This document shows positions 1 to 9,004 of a stretch of 34,389 nucleotides of DNA, piece after piece. The DNA is taken from positions 1-34,389 of the IMG/VR virus record IMGVR_UViG_3300017653_000213, one strand, 5' to 3'. Under the pieces are notes generated by a model. It ran no database searches, had not been told where the DNA came from, and saw nothing but the letters and a program-made list of their open reading frames with translations. The stretch is from a virus. Taxonomy: Duplodnaviria; Caudoviricetes. Within the stretch, counting starts at the first letter, position 1. Each line of letters begins with the position of its first letter. The translations under genes and the position numbers were made by a program.

Positions 1-2469
1 TTAAATAATCTTTTGAAGCTCGCTCCATGACCTTCCATACATTCTCGCATGACGTAAGGTTAAAAATGAATTATCATGCCTTTCTTCCTTATTAATAGGT
101 GGCAACATATGAACCATAAACGCATGTAAAGGCTCTTTTGTGTTTAATATTGCAATAGCATAATGTTTTGGTGTCATTAATGCTTCTTCTATTGTAAACG
201 TTGGTTCTAGTCTTTCCTTAGCCATTTCAAATGTCTTCTTGTGATCATTTGCAAATAAGAATTGATTCACACCACCAGCAATTAAATTATCCTGTAAATG
301 TTGTGGGAGTTTACCCCAATGATGGAATGCAAAGATACTTCCTAAACGTTCTTTTCTACCTTCAGTAGCTATTCTACCTATTAATTTAGATAAACCTTCA
401 CTTTGTACCTGTTCAGGTTCATTGAATATCATAAAGCATCCATGACGCTCTTTATCCTCATTACTCATTAACATTCTTGTCATAATTACTTTTAATGTTA
501 TCCAATGTGCTAAAACGTTTGCTGAATTTCCTAATACTCGTTTTGGAATACGTATTATTATTGTCTTTCCTTCTTTCATCCACTGTTCAAAATCAACTTG
601 TGGAAGTGGAGGTTGTGCGAATATGTCAAATAACGTATCATCACCAAAGAATGTATTTAAACGGTCTAGTATTGGATCACATTTGTTTCCAACATCATCA
701 TTAGTACCCCAATTCAATAAATCTTTTGATAGACGATAATTACCTTCATTCATTAGCTCTCTTGCTCTCTGTTCCCTATACTTTTCATCTTCAATTATCC
801 TTTTAATATCAAACAATGAACCTTTAGCTGCCTTACTTGCTTCAGTTAAATATTTCTTTGAACGTGCTAATCCTTCTATTTGCATAAAGTCAATCATTTC
901 TAATGCAAATCGTGAACCGCCTTTACGACCTAATTTTTTGATAACTTCAGACAAGTCTAATGGAACAATCCACTCTTCATTAGTGAAATCTAAATCAATA
1001 ATCTTCTCAGCTGGAAGTAAATCACGAATACCATCAGCCATGCCCCTATGACCTTGTTCGCCTATCCAGTCTGGAATAATGAATGAAATACCTTTTTTAT
1101 TACCTTCATATACAAAGTTTTGAATTGCAGTATCTTTCCCTGAACCTTGCTTACCTACGAACGTATAACCACTATAGAAATCGTCCTTATTCTTATATTG
1201 TAAAGCAACAGGTATTTCCCTATCTTTGATTTCAGCATGACCTATCATCAAGTTATTAGGATTTTGTAACTCTTCTGGAATAGCAACTTCAACACGTTTC
1301 TTTACATTTAGTTCATCTGAGTAATTTAATTGTAATTCTCGGTTAGGCATCATTAATGCAAGTTTACTCATTTCATCCGTACTAACTAAATTAACATTTG
1401 GATCATGTTTTGTACTATAATCCAGTTTTAATGAATTCAATTCATCTATGATTTTCTTTTTCTTCTTTTTACTATTTATTTTTACACCAGTTAATTCATT
1501 AGTTTCAGTTAAATCTTGCATTGATAATGCTAATGATTCTGATATCGTATCTCTAGTTAATTTGTCTTCTGAATGTGCTACAACTCGAATATGTGAACGG
1601 AATACAGGCAAGTTACCTTTTTCTTTACTTATTTTTGATGTACCAATTTCATCTTCAAGTGAATAAGCTTTTTCTATAATTTTGTTATTTTCAAATTTTT
1701 CTTTACTTTTGAAGAAAGCATTCTGAAATGCATTAAAGACATCCGTTACAAAACTAAATAATTCATTGATAATAGCTGTGATTATTACTTTAATTGATGT
1801 AACTATTCGTTTACCGCTAATTGTTGCCCTTTGTGGTACTTTACCTTTATGAGCCTTTTCGTATGTCCACTGTGCATTTCTAACCCACTTATTACGATTT
1901 TCTACCTCATTACAAATTGAAAATCTTGCAATATCACCGTCATATTGTAATTCATCAACAGCGTTTAGAAGTCCTGAAATTGGTATCTTTGTATCTTGTG
2001 TACTTGAATTAAGCGAAAATATGTCATGTCTTAAATAACGTAACTCTTGAACAATAGTGTTTTCAATTGGTATCTGTAATTCTTCAATACTCGCTTCTTT
2101 GAAAGTTACATCCATTTTGTTCTCAATTTTTCTTTTCAACTTTTCAGCTTGATATTCACTAGTTGCAACATAAAACTCTATTGATTTTTTACCGTCATCT
2201 TGCTTAAAAATAATATCAAACCAGAATTGATCCTTTTCACGAAATGTAAATTTAAATCCCTTTCTATCTATACGTGTACTTGGCTTTTCGTACATTTCGT
2301 ACATTTTGTAAATCATTTTCCATAAACGTTTATTATTTTGAGTTACATTCGCATGAGGAATGATTCTATACACTTTCATTTCGTTTGGTACATATTCGAA
2401 AACTTTATTTACTACCTTCTTAACATTTAACTTAGTGAATCCTTCTTTTAATGTATCAACGTTTAACAT
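1..2469 (-). CDS. VirD4/TraG/HerA-like P-loop ATPase (822 aa)
   Basis: Walker A FVGKQGSGKD, degenerate Walker B FMIFNEPEQ, and EGRKERLGSIFAFH resembling the coupling-protein EGRK motif. Confidence 0.75.
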   Translation of the reverse strand: MLNVDTLKEGFTKLNVKKVVNKVFEYVPNEMKVYRIIPHANVTQNNKRLWKMIYKMYEMYEKPSTRIDRKGFKFTFREKDQFWFDIIFKQDDGKKSIEFYVATSEYQAEKLKRKIENKMDVTFKEASIEELQIPIENTIVQELRYLRHDIFSLNSSTQDTKIPISGLLNAVDELQYDGDIARFSICNEVENRNKWVRNAQWTYEKAHKGKVPQRATISGKRIVTSIKVIITAIINELFSFVTDVFNAFQNAFFKSKEKFENNKIIEKAYSLEDEIGTSKISKEKGNLPVFRSHIRVVAHSEDKLTRDTISESLALSMQDLTETNELTGVKINSKKKKKKIIDELNSLKLDYSTKHDPNVNLVSTDEMSKLALMMPNRELQLNYSDELNVKKRVEVAIPEELQNPNNLMIGHAEIKDREIPVALQYKNKDDFYSGYTFVGKQGSGKDTAIQNFVYEGNKKGISFIIPDWIGEQGHRGMADGIRDLLPAEKIIDLDFTNEEWIVPLDLSEVIKKLGRKGGSRFALEMIDFMQIEGLARSKKYLTEASKAAKGSLFDIKRIIEDEKYREQRARELMNEGNYRLSKDLLNWGTNDDVGNKCDPILDRLNTFFGDDTLFDIFAQPPLPQVDFEQWMKEGKTIIIRIPKRVLGNSANVLAHWITLKVIMTRMLMSNEDKERHGCFMIFNEPEQVQSEGLSKLIGRIATEGRKERLGSIFAFHHWGKLPQHLQDNLIAGGVNQFLFANDHKKTFEMAKERLEPTFTIEEALMTPKHYAIAILNTKEPLHAFMVHMLPPINKEERHDNSFLTLRHARMYGRSWSELQKII

Positions 2470-2470
2470 T

Positions 2471-2806
2471 TTAATTCACCGATAAAATAGCTAATGATAA
2501 TCCAGTGAACCCTCCAAAAATCCCAACAGTTTTTAATACTCTACCACCTAACATCAGTATGATTGATGTTCCCATTGCCGCATATCCAACCAAATCAGGT
2601 AACATTAATAAAATTCCGTTCCATACATCCCACAATGTTGGTGCTAATACTTCACTTACTATATGACCTGTTATTTCTTGATCCTGTTCGCCAATCCAAT
2701 TTTCAACTTTGTCTGTTCCTTTTTGTAACCAATGAAATGGATTAAACCATTCTAACGGAATGTAAATATAATCATCAGATGCAACAAATTTTTCTCCACC
2801 TACCAT
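2471..2806 (-). CDS. Membrane protein of the conjugation-like module
   Basis: Two C-terminal hydrophobic helices; strong RBS GGGAGGT. Confidence 0.7.
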   Translation of the reverse strand: MVGGEKFVASDDYIYIPLEWFNPFHWLQKGTDKVENWIGEQDQEITGHIVSEVLAPTLWDVWNGILLMLPDLVGYAAMGTSIILMLGGRVLKTVGIFGGFTGLSLAILSVN

Positions 2807-2818
2807 TTGATTACCTCC

Positions 2819-3202
2819 CTATCCCTGTATTGATTTTAACCAATCACGAATATTCAACGCATTTCGAGAAATCGTATAACCAACTGCAACGCAAATCATT
2901 AATTCAATACCTTTTGAACGATGACCGAACATCCATGAAATACCTGCTGCTCCAATAATTCCAGCAGCTAACCAATCCGTGATTATCAAAAATTGTGCAA
3001 ATACGTTAGCAAATGTATCTGCATATGCAACAACAGGTAAAACAATTGCAGAAATTGTAATTGGAAACGCTTTAGATAATAGGGTAGATTGATAAAGTTT
3101 CTTCTTACTTTCAATTATTAGTGGTTCTTTTTTCATTTCGACTGTTTTCTTCGAAAGTTCTAATCTGCTGTAACTTTCAGTTAAACTCTCAAAGTTGAAC
3201 AC
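2819..3202 (-). CDS. TrbC/VirB2 pilin-like membrane protein
   Basis: Signal-like segment ending AYA followed by two hydrophobic helices separated by a short basic loop (HRSKG). Confidence 0.55.
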   Translation of the reverse strand: MFNFESLTESYSRLELSKKTVEMKKEPLIIESKKKLYQSTLLSKAFPITISAIVLPVVAYADTFANVFAQFLIITDWLAAGIIGAAGISWMFGHRSKGIELMICVAVGYTISRNALNIRDWLKSIQG

Positions 3203-3423
3203 TAGATATCACCCCACATCTTTTTGTTAACATAATTAGCTACTCGTTTTGCACCGCTACCTGCTTTTTTCGCTCTGTTTTTTAAAAACTCCCCTTCCTC
3301 ACGAGCTGATTCACTTAATGCTTTGCCAATTCTTTTTGTAGTTTTAGCTACTTTCTTTGAAGTGTTAACCGCCTTTTTAACCTTACGAGCCTTCTTTTTT
3401 GTTTGCTTAATGAATCCAAACAT
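3202..3423 (-). CDS. Small, highly basic hypothetical protein
   Basis: 73-aa Lys/Arg/Ala-rich ORF with RBS GGGAGAG; stop overlaps the next start. Confidence 0.65.
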   Translation of the reverse strand: MFGFIKQTKKKARKVKKAVNTSKKVAKTTKRIGKALSESAREEGEFLKNRAKKAGSGAKRVANYVNKKMWGDI

Positions 3424-3438
3424 TTAGCTCTCTCCCTT

Positions 3439-3468
3439 GTATAAAATGATTTTCACAAGGCAAAACTA
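3439..3468 (+). promoter_or_regulatory. Sigma-F-type (forespore) promoter
   Basis: GTATA-15 nt-GGCAAAACTA fits the B. subtilis sigma-F consensus GYWTA-15-GGnnAnAnTW. Confidence 0.6.
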
Positions 3469-3499
3469 CAGACAATATAACAATGAGAGGATGGACAAA

Positions 3500-3565
3500 A
3501 TGCATATTGTAATTGGTTTAACTGTTGGGGTTCTTCTTGGAATTTTCGCTAATACGATTGGCTAA
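3500..3565 (+). CDS. 21-aa hydrophobic peptide MHIVIGLTVGVLLGIFANTIG
   Basis: RBS GAGAGGA 8 nt before ATG, downstream of the sigma-F-like promoter; one TM helix with GxxxG repeats. Confidence 0.55.
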   Translation: MHIVIGLTVGVLLGIFANTIG

Positions 3566-3814
3566 TTGTTGTTTTAATTGATCTAATGATGATTGTTGAG
3601 GCTTTGTTTCGATTGTCTTCTTAATAGTTACATTTTTAGAAGGTACATCAATTCCATTCTTCTTCATGTCTGCTACAATTAGTTTTTTAACATAACCACT
3701 AAAATTTCTACGTTTAACATAATCAAGTATTGCAATATCAACTACTTTCGTTTTGTTGAACGCTACTGGTTTAGAAAACCGTGTTTTATCATTTGTCATA
3801 ATATCACTCCTCAA
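3518..3814 (-). CDS. Ribbon-helix-helix-like DNA-binding protein (probable start ATG 3799)
   Basis: SKPVAFN strand followed by helices (NFSGYVKKLI); RBS GAGGAGTG before 3799. Confidence 0.55.
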   Translation of the reverse strand: MRSDIMTNDKTRFSKPVAFNKTKVVDIAILDYVKRRNFSGYVKKLIVADMKKNGIDVPSKNVTIKKTIETKPQQSSLDQLKQQLANRISENSKKNPNS

Positions 3815-3976
3815 AATACGATATGAGCGATATTATCGTTTTATGCATAAAAAAAGTCGATTCTTGACCGACATGAAGTAGAAAAGCTAATAGCACTGCG
3901 TTGCTATCTAGCTTATGCACACAATATGAATAAAATGCAAGTCCATCAAATAAAATTTAATACGCTTTTCAACATA

Positions 3977-4008
3977 AAAAAATCACGTTAAACTACAACG
4001 TGATTTTA
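3977..4008. terminator. Intrinsic terminator after 4025..4492
   Basis: AAAATCACGTT-loop-AACGTGATTTT, with the longer T-run on the minus strand. Confidence 0.7.
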
Positions 4009-4024
4009 ATTATTTATTCTTAGT

Positions 4025-4492
4025 TTAATTTGTTATTTCTGCTGAAACTGGAATTGGAGTATTGTCTACCGAACCAATTAATTCTTCAAAATACTTTGTT
4101 TCCCCAGCATCTAATTGTACTGACATTGCTTTTACTCTTATTAATTCACCATATTCATCAAAAAACGCAATGTTAATTACACTATCAACAGGTACTGACA
4201 ATAAATTTTTTAACGAACCTAAACCCTTAACCAATGTGCCATCTACTCTAGCTGAGAAATCCGATAAATAAAATGGATCAAGTTCATTTGTAGTAGCTGA
4301 TACACTAGAGTAATCGCCACTCTCTATTGCTTCAATTTTATTATCCAAATAAGCTATTCTATCTTGTATTACTTTTCTTTTTTCATACTTTTGATATTCA
4401 CCAATACCAAAGTAAAGAACTATACATCCAATTAATACACTAGCCACTATTACTAATGTTTTTTTATGTTTCCTCATTTCATAACCCCTCAT
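4025..4492 (-). CDS. Membrane-anchored moron protein with FxLYD-like Ig fold
   Basis: N-terminal TM helix, coiled coil, then NIAFFDEYGELI...LDAGETKYFE; own extended -10 TGTGGTAAAAT at about 4508-4518. Confidence 0.6.
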   Translation of the reverse strand: MRGYEMRKHKKTLVIVASVLIGCIVLYFGIGEYQKYEKRKVIQDRIAYLDNKIEAIESGDYSSVSATTNELDPFYLSDFSARVDGTLVKGLGSLKNLLSVPVDSVINIAFFDEYGELIRVKAMSVQLDAGETKYFEELIGSVDNTPIPVSAEITN

Positions 4493-4531
4493 TTATCCTT
4501 TAGGGATATTTTACCACATTCGGATATAATA

Positions 4532-4648
4532 TCATTGATTCTCTTTCTCAATTTTTCGTAAAATTAACTTCTTGAAATATTCATTTAAGTTTATTTTACC
4601 TGAGTGTGTAGGTTTAATTATTATTGGTTTAAATGTTTTTTTACGCAA
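4532..4648 (-). CDS. 38-aa basic hypothetical peptide
   Basis: TTG start with GGGTGA RBS; MRKKTFKPIIIKPTHSGKINLNEYFKKLILRKIEKENQ. Confidence 0.4.
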   Translation of the reverse strand: MRKKTFKPIIIKPTHSGKINLNEYFKKLILRKIEKENQ

Positions 4649-4709
4649 TTGCTATTCACCCACTTTTAATTGATAGTGGTATTATTACCAATAGTAAAAA
4701 AGTTAAGTA

Positions 4710-4750
4710 AAAAAAAGAATAGGGGTACGAAATTTCATACCCCTTACTCA
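4710..4750 (-). terminator. Terminator after endolysin
   Basis: AGGGGTA...TACCCCT stem followed by a T-run on the minus strand. Confidence 0.75.
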
Positions 4751-4757
4751 ATATGTA

Positions 4758-5435
4758 TTACTTCAGCTTACGATTTAAATAAGCTAATGCATAACTCAAT
4801 AATTTCACATCATCGTATGAATCAATATCTTCATGCTTATCTGAAAATAATTTTTCAGCTACACCTTTTTTAATCATTGCTTTAGCTTCAGCTCTACCAG
4901 TTATATTTAAAAATTCTTGTGACATATCCTCAACTTCTTTCTTTGGCTCTAAATTCGACTTAATCATCAGAATAAAACTACTCCAAGGAATAACCGTTCC
5001 ATTTCTCATGTTACGTGGGCAATTTTTACCGCTATAGTAATTGTGCTGAACTACATCATTGATTGTTAAGTTTTCTTCTTTTAACACCATAGCTACTAAT
5101 TCAGCAGTATTTTGAACTGCTTTTTTATAATCACCATCACTATTTACGCAAATTTCAATATGTATTGCTTCATTATTACCTTTCGTAGAACCTGCTGCCC
5201 AACAACGTATTGAATGATCAAATGATTGTACTGCTTCTTTATCATCTACTGTATAGTGCCAACTAGCTTCCCTACTGTTTCCATTGGCTTGTAATCTTCC
5301 ATGTGCATTTGCAGTAGCTGTTGGTCTAGTATTATCTGTTTCATGGATACATATTTTTTTACGTGAATTTCCTTTACCATAAGTAACTTTATCGGCAATT
5401 GTGGACGATACTAAATGTTTTCGAATAGTAACCAT
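4758..5435 (-). CDS. Endolysin, N-acetylmuramoyl-L-alanine amidase (Amidase_2)
   Basis: ICIHETDN, ASWHYTVDD, IHIEICVN, VVQHNYYSGKNCP motifs (XlyA/CwlA-like). Confidence 0.95.
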   Translation of the reverse strand: MVTIRKHLVSSTIADKVTYGKGNSRKKICIHETDNTRPTATANAHGRLQANGNSREASWHYTVDDKEAVQSFDHSIRCWAAGSTKGNNEAIHIEICVNSDGDYKKAVQNTAELVAMVLKEENLTINDVVQHNYYSGKNCPRNMRNGTVIPWSSFILMIKSNLEPKKEVEDMSQEFLNITGRAEAKAMIKKGVAEKLFSDKHEDIDSYDDVKLLSYALAYLNRKLK

Positions 5436-5701
5436 TATTTATCACCTTTTGGCTTATCATAATTTAAAGCTTGGTTACTATCACTTACTCCATTTGTTGT
5501 AGGATCGATGATAATTCCTAATAACGCTAGGATACCAAGTATTGTTTCTGATAAAGCAGTTACTTGTTCGTTATAAACTTTGATATCTAAACCGAAAAGT
5601 TCAGCTATTTGATTTGCTAAAACTAATAATAATGCAACCATTGACACCCAAAATTGCTTATGTTGAAGACGTACTTTCCAATTAATCTTCAATGCTTTCA
5701 T
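5435..5701 (-). CDS. Holin, phi LC3 family
   Basis: INWKVRL...two TM helices...GIIIDPTTNGVSDSNQALNY. Confidence 0.92.
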   Translation of the reverse strand: MKALKINWKVRLQHKQFWVSMVALLLVLANQIAELFGLDIKVYNEQVTALSETILGILALLGIIIDPTTNGVSDSNQALNYDKPKGDK

Positions 5702-5711
5702 CTCCCTTTAC

Positions 5712-6038
5712 TCAAATGAAATTTAAAATTAATGCTATTAAAGCTATTAACCATCCACCCCAAAGTCTTATTGCTTCAAGAGTTGAGTTTCTACCCTTTG
5801 CATGTGATTCAATATCCTCTACTTTATCTTTTACCTCATCAACTATTTCACGTAGTCCGTTGTATTGTTTAATAAGTGTTCTTGTCTCTAGCATTTCACT
5901 TCTTAACGCTTGAATCTGTTCAAATAATTCTTTATTCGAATACCATTCTTCAGTCATTTTCACACCTACTTTCAAATAAAATTGCACTGCTAGGTACAGT
6001 GCATTTCTCAAAATAAAAGCATAAATAAAACCCTTCAC
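5712..6038 (-). CDS. XhlA-like lysis-associated membrane protein (probable start ATG 5957)
   Basis: Coiled coil plus C-terminal TM helix directly upstream of the holin. Confidence 0.6.
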   Translation of the reverse strand: MKGFIYAFILRNALYLAVQFYLKVGVKMTEEWYSNKELFEQIQALRSEMLETRTLIKQYNGLREIVDEVKDKVEDIESHAKGRNSTLEAIRLWGGWLIALIALILNFI

Positions 6039-6051
6039 TAAATGTGAAAGG

Positions 6052-6234
6052 TTAGACTGTTTCTGCTATTGGCGTAATCGATAGAATTGTATTTTTATTA
6101 AGAATTGCACCGCCAAGGTTAACAAATAGAACTTCACGATTGTTAAGTGTTTCTGTAAATGCGGCAGTATCAAAACCTTCTACACCTGCTAAATTAATTG
6201 TTTGTCCATTGTTTAATTGTACTTGATAATTCAT
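6052..6234 (-). CDS. Small hypothetical tail-associated protein
   Basis: 60 aa with RBS AAAGGAG; followed by a hairpin terminator at about 6025-6052. Confidence 0.7.
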   Translation of the reverse strand: MNYQVQLNNGQTINLAGVEGFDTAAFTETLNNREVLFVNLGGAILNKNTILSITPIAETV

Positions 6235-6253
6235 ATCTATCTTCTCCTTTTAA

Positions 6254-7102
6254 TTAGTTTATTGAATTTAATGAGTCTCTTAATCCATTGATGTCACTTG
6301 CATAAATAATTTCTCCACTATTCCTATAAATTGGAATACTAGTTGAAGGATTCATTACGTTAATAGCATTTCTTGCTTCATTGTATTGTGTAGCAGTAAA
6401 AGAATTACCACTGTACGCTCTTGTAAATGTGTAATCACTTAAATTTCTATATGAGCGAAAATCATTAATTTTAGTACATAAATCATTCCATTCACTTGCT
6501 GTTAAATTGAAATTACCACCACTTGATTTAGTAGTGTACCAAGAAAAACTCGATGGTTTACCTTTTGGAGTTGTTGCAAAATCATAATTAGACCAATTTG
6601 ACCAACCTCCACCGCTTGTATAAGCCCTCACATTTGCATAATAAGTTGTACTTGGTGATAAACCTGTCCAAGTGTATGAGGTTGCATAAATGTAGAGTGA
6701 CATTGAAACAGGTGAATAGATTGCTAACTCATAATATTCAGCACCTACACTATTCCAAGAAAAGTAGATACTTGAACTTGAAGTAGCACTCATACTAAAT
6801 CCAGTTGGTGTTGAAGTTTGTGGTGGTGTATCTGTACCAGTCCATTTAGGATCAGCTGGATACCATGTACCTTTGAAGTTTGCTTCACCTTCAATGTAAT
6901 ATGAAGTTCCTGGTGTTAATCCATAAAATGTATAGTTACCACTGTCATATCCTGTGTATCCTGATTGCACACTCACATTAACCCAAGAACCATAATCAAT
7001 TCTAAATCTAAATCCACTATAGGTATCTTGTGGAGAGCCTAATCCTTTAATATCAACTGTAATAGATGTTGTGGTTGTACTTATCGTACTTACGTATGCC
7101 AT
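6254..7102 (-). CDS. Fibronectin type III domain tail protein
   Basis: Two FN3 signatures (YTFYGLTPGTSYYI; YTWTGLSPSTTYYANVRA). Confidence 0.8.
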   Translation of the reverse strand: MAYVSTISTTTTSITVDIKGLGSPQDTYSGFRFRIDYGSWVNVSVQSGYTGYDSGNYTFYGLTPGTSYYIEGEANFKGTWYPADPKWTGTDTPPQTSTPTGFSMSATSSSSIYFSWNSVGAEYYELAIYSPVSMSLYIYATSYTWTGLSPSTTYYANVRAYTSGGGWSNWSNYDFATTPKGKPSSFSWYTTKSSGGNFNLTASEWNDLCTKINDFRSYRNLSDYTFTRAYSGNSFTATQYNEARNAINVMNPSTSIPIYRNSGEIIYASDINGLRDSLNSIN

Positions 7103-7112
7103 TTATTACACC

Positions 7113-8744
7113 TCACCCAAACCTTGCCGCTGGGGCATTATTACCCCAACTAACACTAACCGCATCTAACACTAGATATTGTGCTGAGATTGTCAATGTT
7201 GAACCGCTATTTGAAATCCTATTCGAACCACCAAATGTGATACCCTTAAAACTTCCATCAGCGGAAGAACCAAGTTGTAACTCATTTGCAACATTGGTAA
7301 TACCAATTAAATTAATCTTACTAGCACTTATCGTAACACCAGCAGCAGTCTGATTAATCATCGACGTAATTGTATTACCATTGTAATCACTATAAGAGAC
7401 CTTGCTTGAAATCTGATTAGCTGTTTGTGTTATAGATGATTCTGCATTCGATACACGTTGATTTAATCCACCAATTTCTGTAGTTTGACTACTAACAGTA
7501 GACTGAATTTGATTTTGAGTTTGCGTAATCGATGAGATACTTTCATTAATTTCAGTGATTGTTCCATTGATGGTTGTCACTTTACCTTCAACTTCAGAAC
7601 GAATTTCAGCAGCAGTTTGAGTGATTTTTGATTCAGTTTCTGTTTCTAAATCCACTACACTCTGTTCAATTTCACCTGCACGTATTTCAATTTTTGCAAT
7701 TGAACTATTTACTTCTTCAACTTCCATTGTTATACGTTCATTGGTTTGTTCAAATCGACTTCGAGTTTCTTTCTTGTTTTGATCAATTTCGACTTTTTGA
7801 GAAATGAGAATATCAGTGCTTGATTTTGATACAATATTTCCTAGAATAACTTTTGTGGTGACAATTTCACCATTTAAAATTTCTCTTGTTTGCTTTAGAA
7901 TACGAGTTTGAAATTCAATATTCATAGGTTCATAGATTAACCAAACTCTTTCACCCAACTCTTTCTCGGTTAATTCAATTACATCCATTTCAAATGAAAC
8001 TTCAGGATAATCAATTAACTTTAATTTTAGATATTGAGTCATTGTTTCAGGTTGTGTAAAACGGTCATCTATAACAGGTTCATCAATTCTTATTCCAATT
8101 TGAGGATTTTCAGCAATTTGTGATGTGTATGTAACAACTAATCCATTTGCACCAAATCCAGTAATTTGTGTTTTAAGTTTTGTAGTATCTACTTTTTTTG
8201 ATAGAGTTTTTACATTATGTGCAAAGCGATATTGAGCATTATTTTCACCACCAATTTGTTTGGTGAAATGGATAATTTTATTAGGAAGGATTTCATATTC
8301 ACATTCAAACGCTATGCAAAGATTATTTACTAAAGTAAGGATATTAGCATTTCCATAGTTTGCAATAAACACACTATCTGAAATATCAGTTGTGAATGTC
8401 CATCCAGTGCCACTAAAAACAAATGAAGCAAACTCAGCTAAGGTATGTGTTCCACCATAGATCTCATCATGTCGTTGATTTGCTAAATCAAAGAAAGTGT
8501 TAATTGCTGTTACTTTTTTACTGAAACGATTTTCATTTAATTGTTTAACTCTAAAATCAAAACCATCAACGGTGACAATAGATTCTTCTTGTAACAATTC
8601 GTATGCAGGATTATCTTCATAATTAAAAGAGGTAAATGAAACTTTATGACTCCCATTCACCTCTTTTTCAATCTGTAATGACTGTATGTAATTTAATGGT
8701 TCAACTTGTGAACCATTTTGTACGATTAGCAAGTTTTCACCCAC
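7113..8744 (-). CDS. Tal/hub tail protein (prophage endopeptidase-tail family) with coiled-coil spike
   Basis: EKEVNGSHKVSF, YRFAHNVKTL, KTQITGFG, DDRFT motifs; ITQTA coiled-coil repeats; probable start TTG 8732. Confidence 0.85.
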   Translation of the reverse strand: MGENLLIVQNGSQVEPLNYIQSLQIEKEVNGSHKVSFTSFNYEDNPAYELLQEESIVTVDGFDFRVKQLNENRFSKKVTAINTFFDLANQRHDEIYGGTHTLAEFASFVFSGTGWTFTTDISDSVFIANYGNANILTLVNNLCIAFECEYEILPNKIIHFTKQIGGENNAQYRFAHNVKTLSKKVDTTKLKTQITGFGANGLVVTYTSQIAENPQIGIRIDEPVIDDRFTQPETMTQYLKLKLIDYPEVSFEMDVIELTEKELGERVWLIYEPMNIEFQTRILKQTREILNGEIVTTKVILGNIVSKSSTDILISQKVEIDQNKKETRSRFEQTNERITMEVEEVNSSIAKIEIRAGEIEQSVVDLETETESKITQTAAEIRSEVEGKVTTINGTITEINESISSITQTQNQIQSTVSSQTTEIGGLNQRVSNAESSITQTANQISSKVSYSDYNGNTITSMINQTAAGVTISASKINLIGITNVANELQLGSSADGSFKGITFGGSNRISNSGSTLTISAQYLVLDAVSVSWGNNAPAARFG

Positions 8745-8903
8745 TTTCTATCATTTTTTATAAAATACCAGTAATTTAATGACAATATTTTCTACTTTGT
8801 GTATTGAAAATGCTCGAAAATGCAAATGTAATTCCATTAAAATTACTCTTTTAATTGAACTCAATTTTCACAATAAAATATGTTGATATAATATTGTAAA
8901 GTT

Positions 8904-8942
8904 AAAAAAATACCCTCAACACCAAAATAGGGGAGAGGGTAT
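8904..8942 (-). terminator. Terminator inside the tail operon, between RBP and Tal
   Basis: ATACCCTC...GAGGGTAT followed by TTTTTT on the minus strand. Confidence 0.7.
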
Positions 8943-8975
8943 ATGATAATATTTTGTTATTTAGTTATGTATTTA

Positions 8976-9003
8976 GTTACTGCACAATATGAGACGATTA
9001 CGT
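8976..9003. other. Putative site-specific recombination core site (RBP 3' boundary)
   Basis: GTTACT-GCACAAT-[ATGAGACG]-ATTACGT directly after the RBP stop codon. Confidence 0.45.
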
Positions 9004-9004
9004 A

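Noticed and set aside
3845-3960. Sigma-E/K promoter for the pilin/ATPase operon (CATATTGT on minus strand)
   Set aside because: A -10-like element is present but there is no convincing -35 at the right spacing.
8976-9003. Chromosomal dif (XerCD) site
   Set aside because: Spacer is 8 bp rather than 6 and the arms do not match the Bacillus dif consensus.
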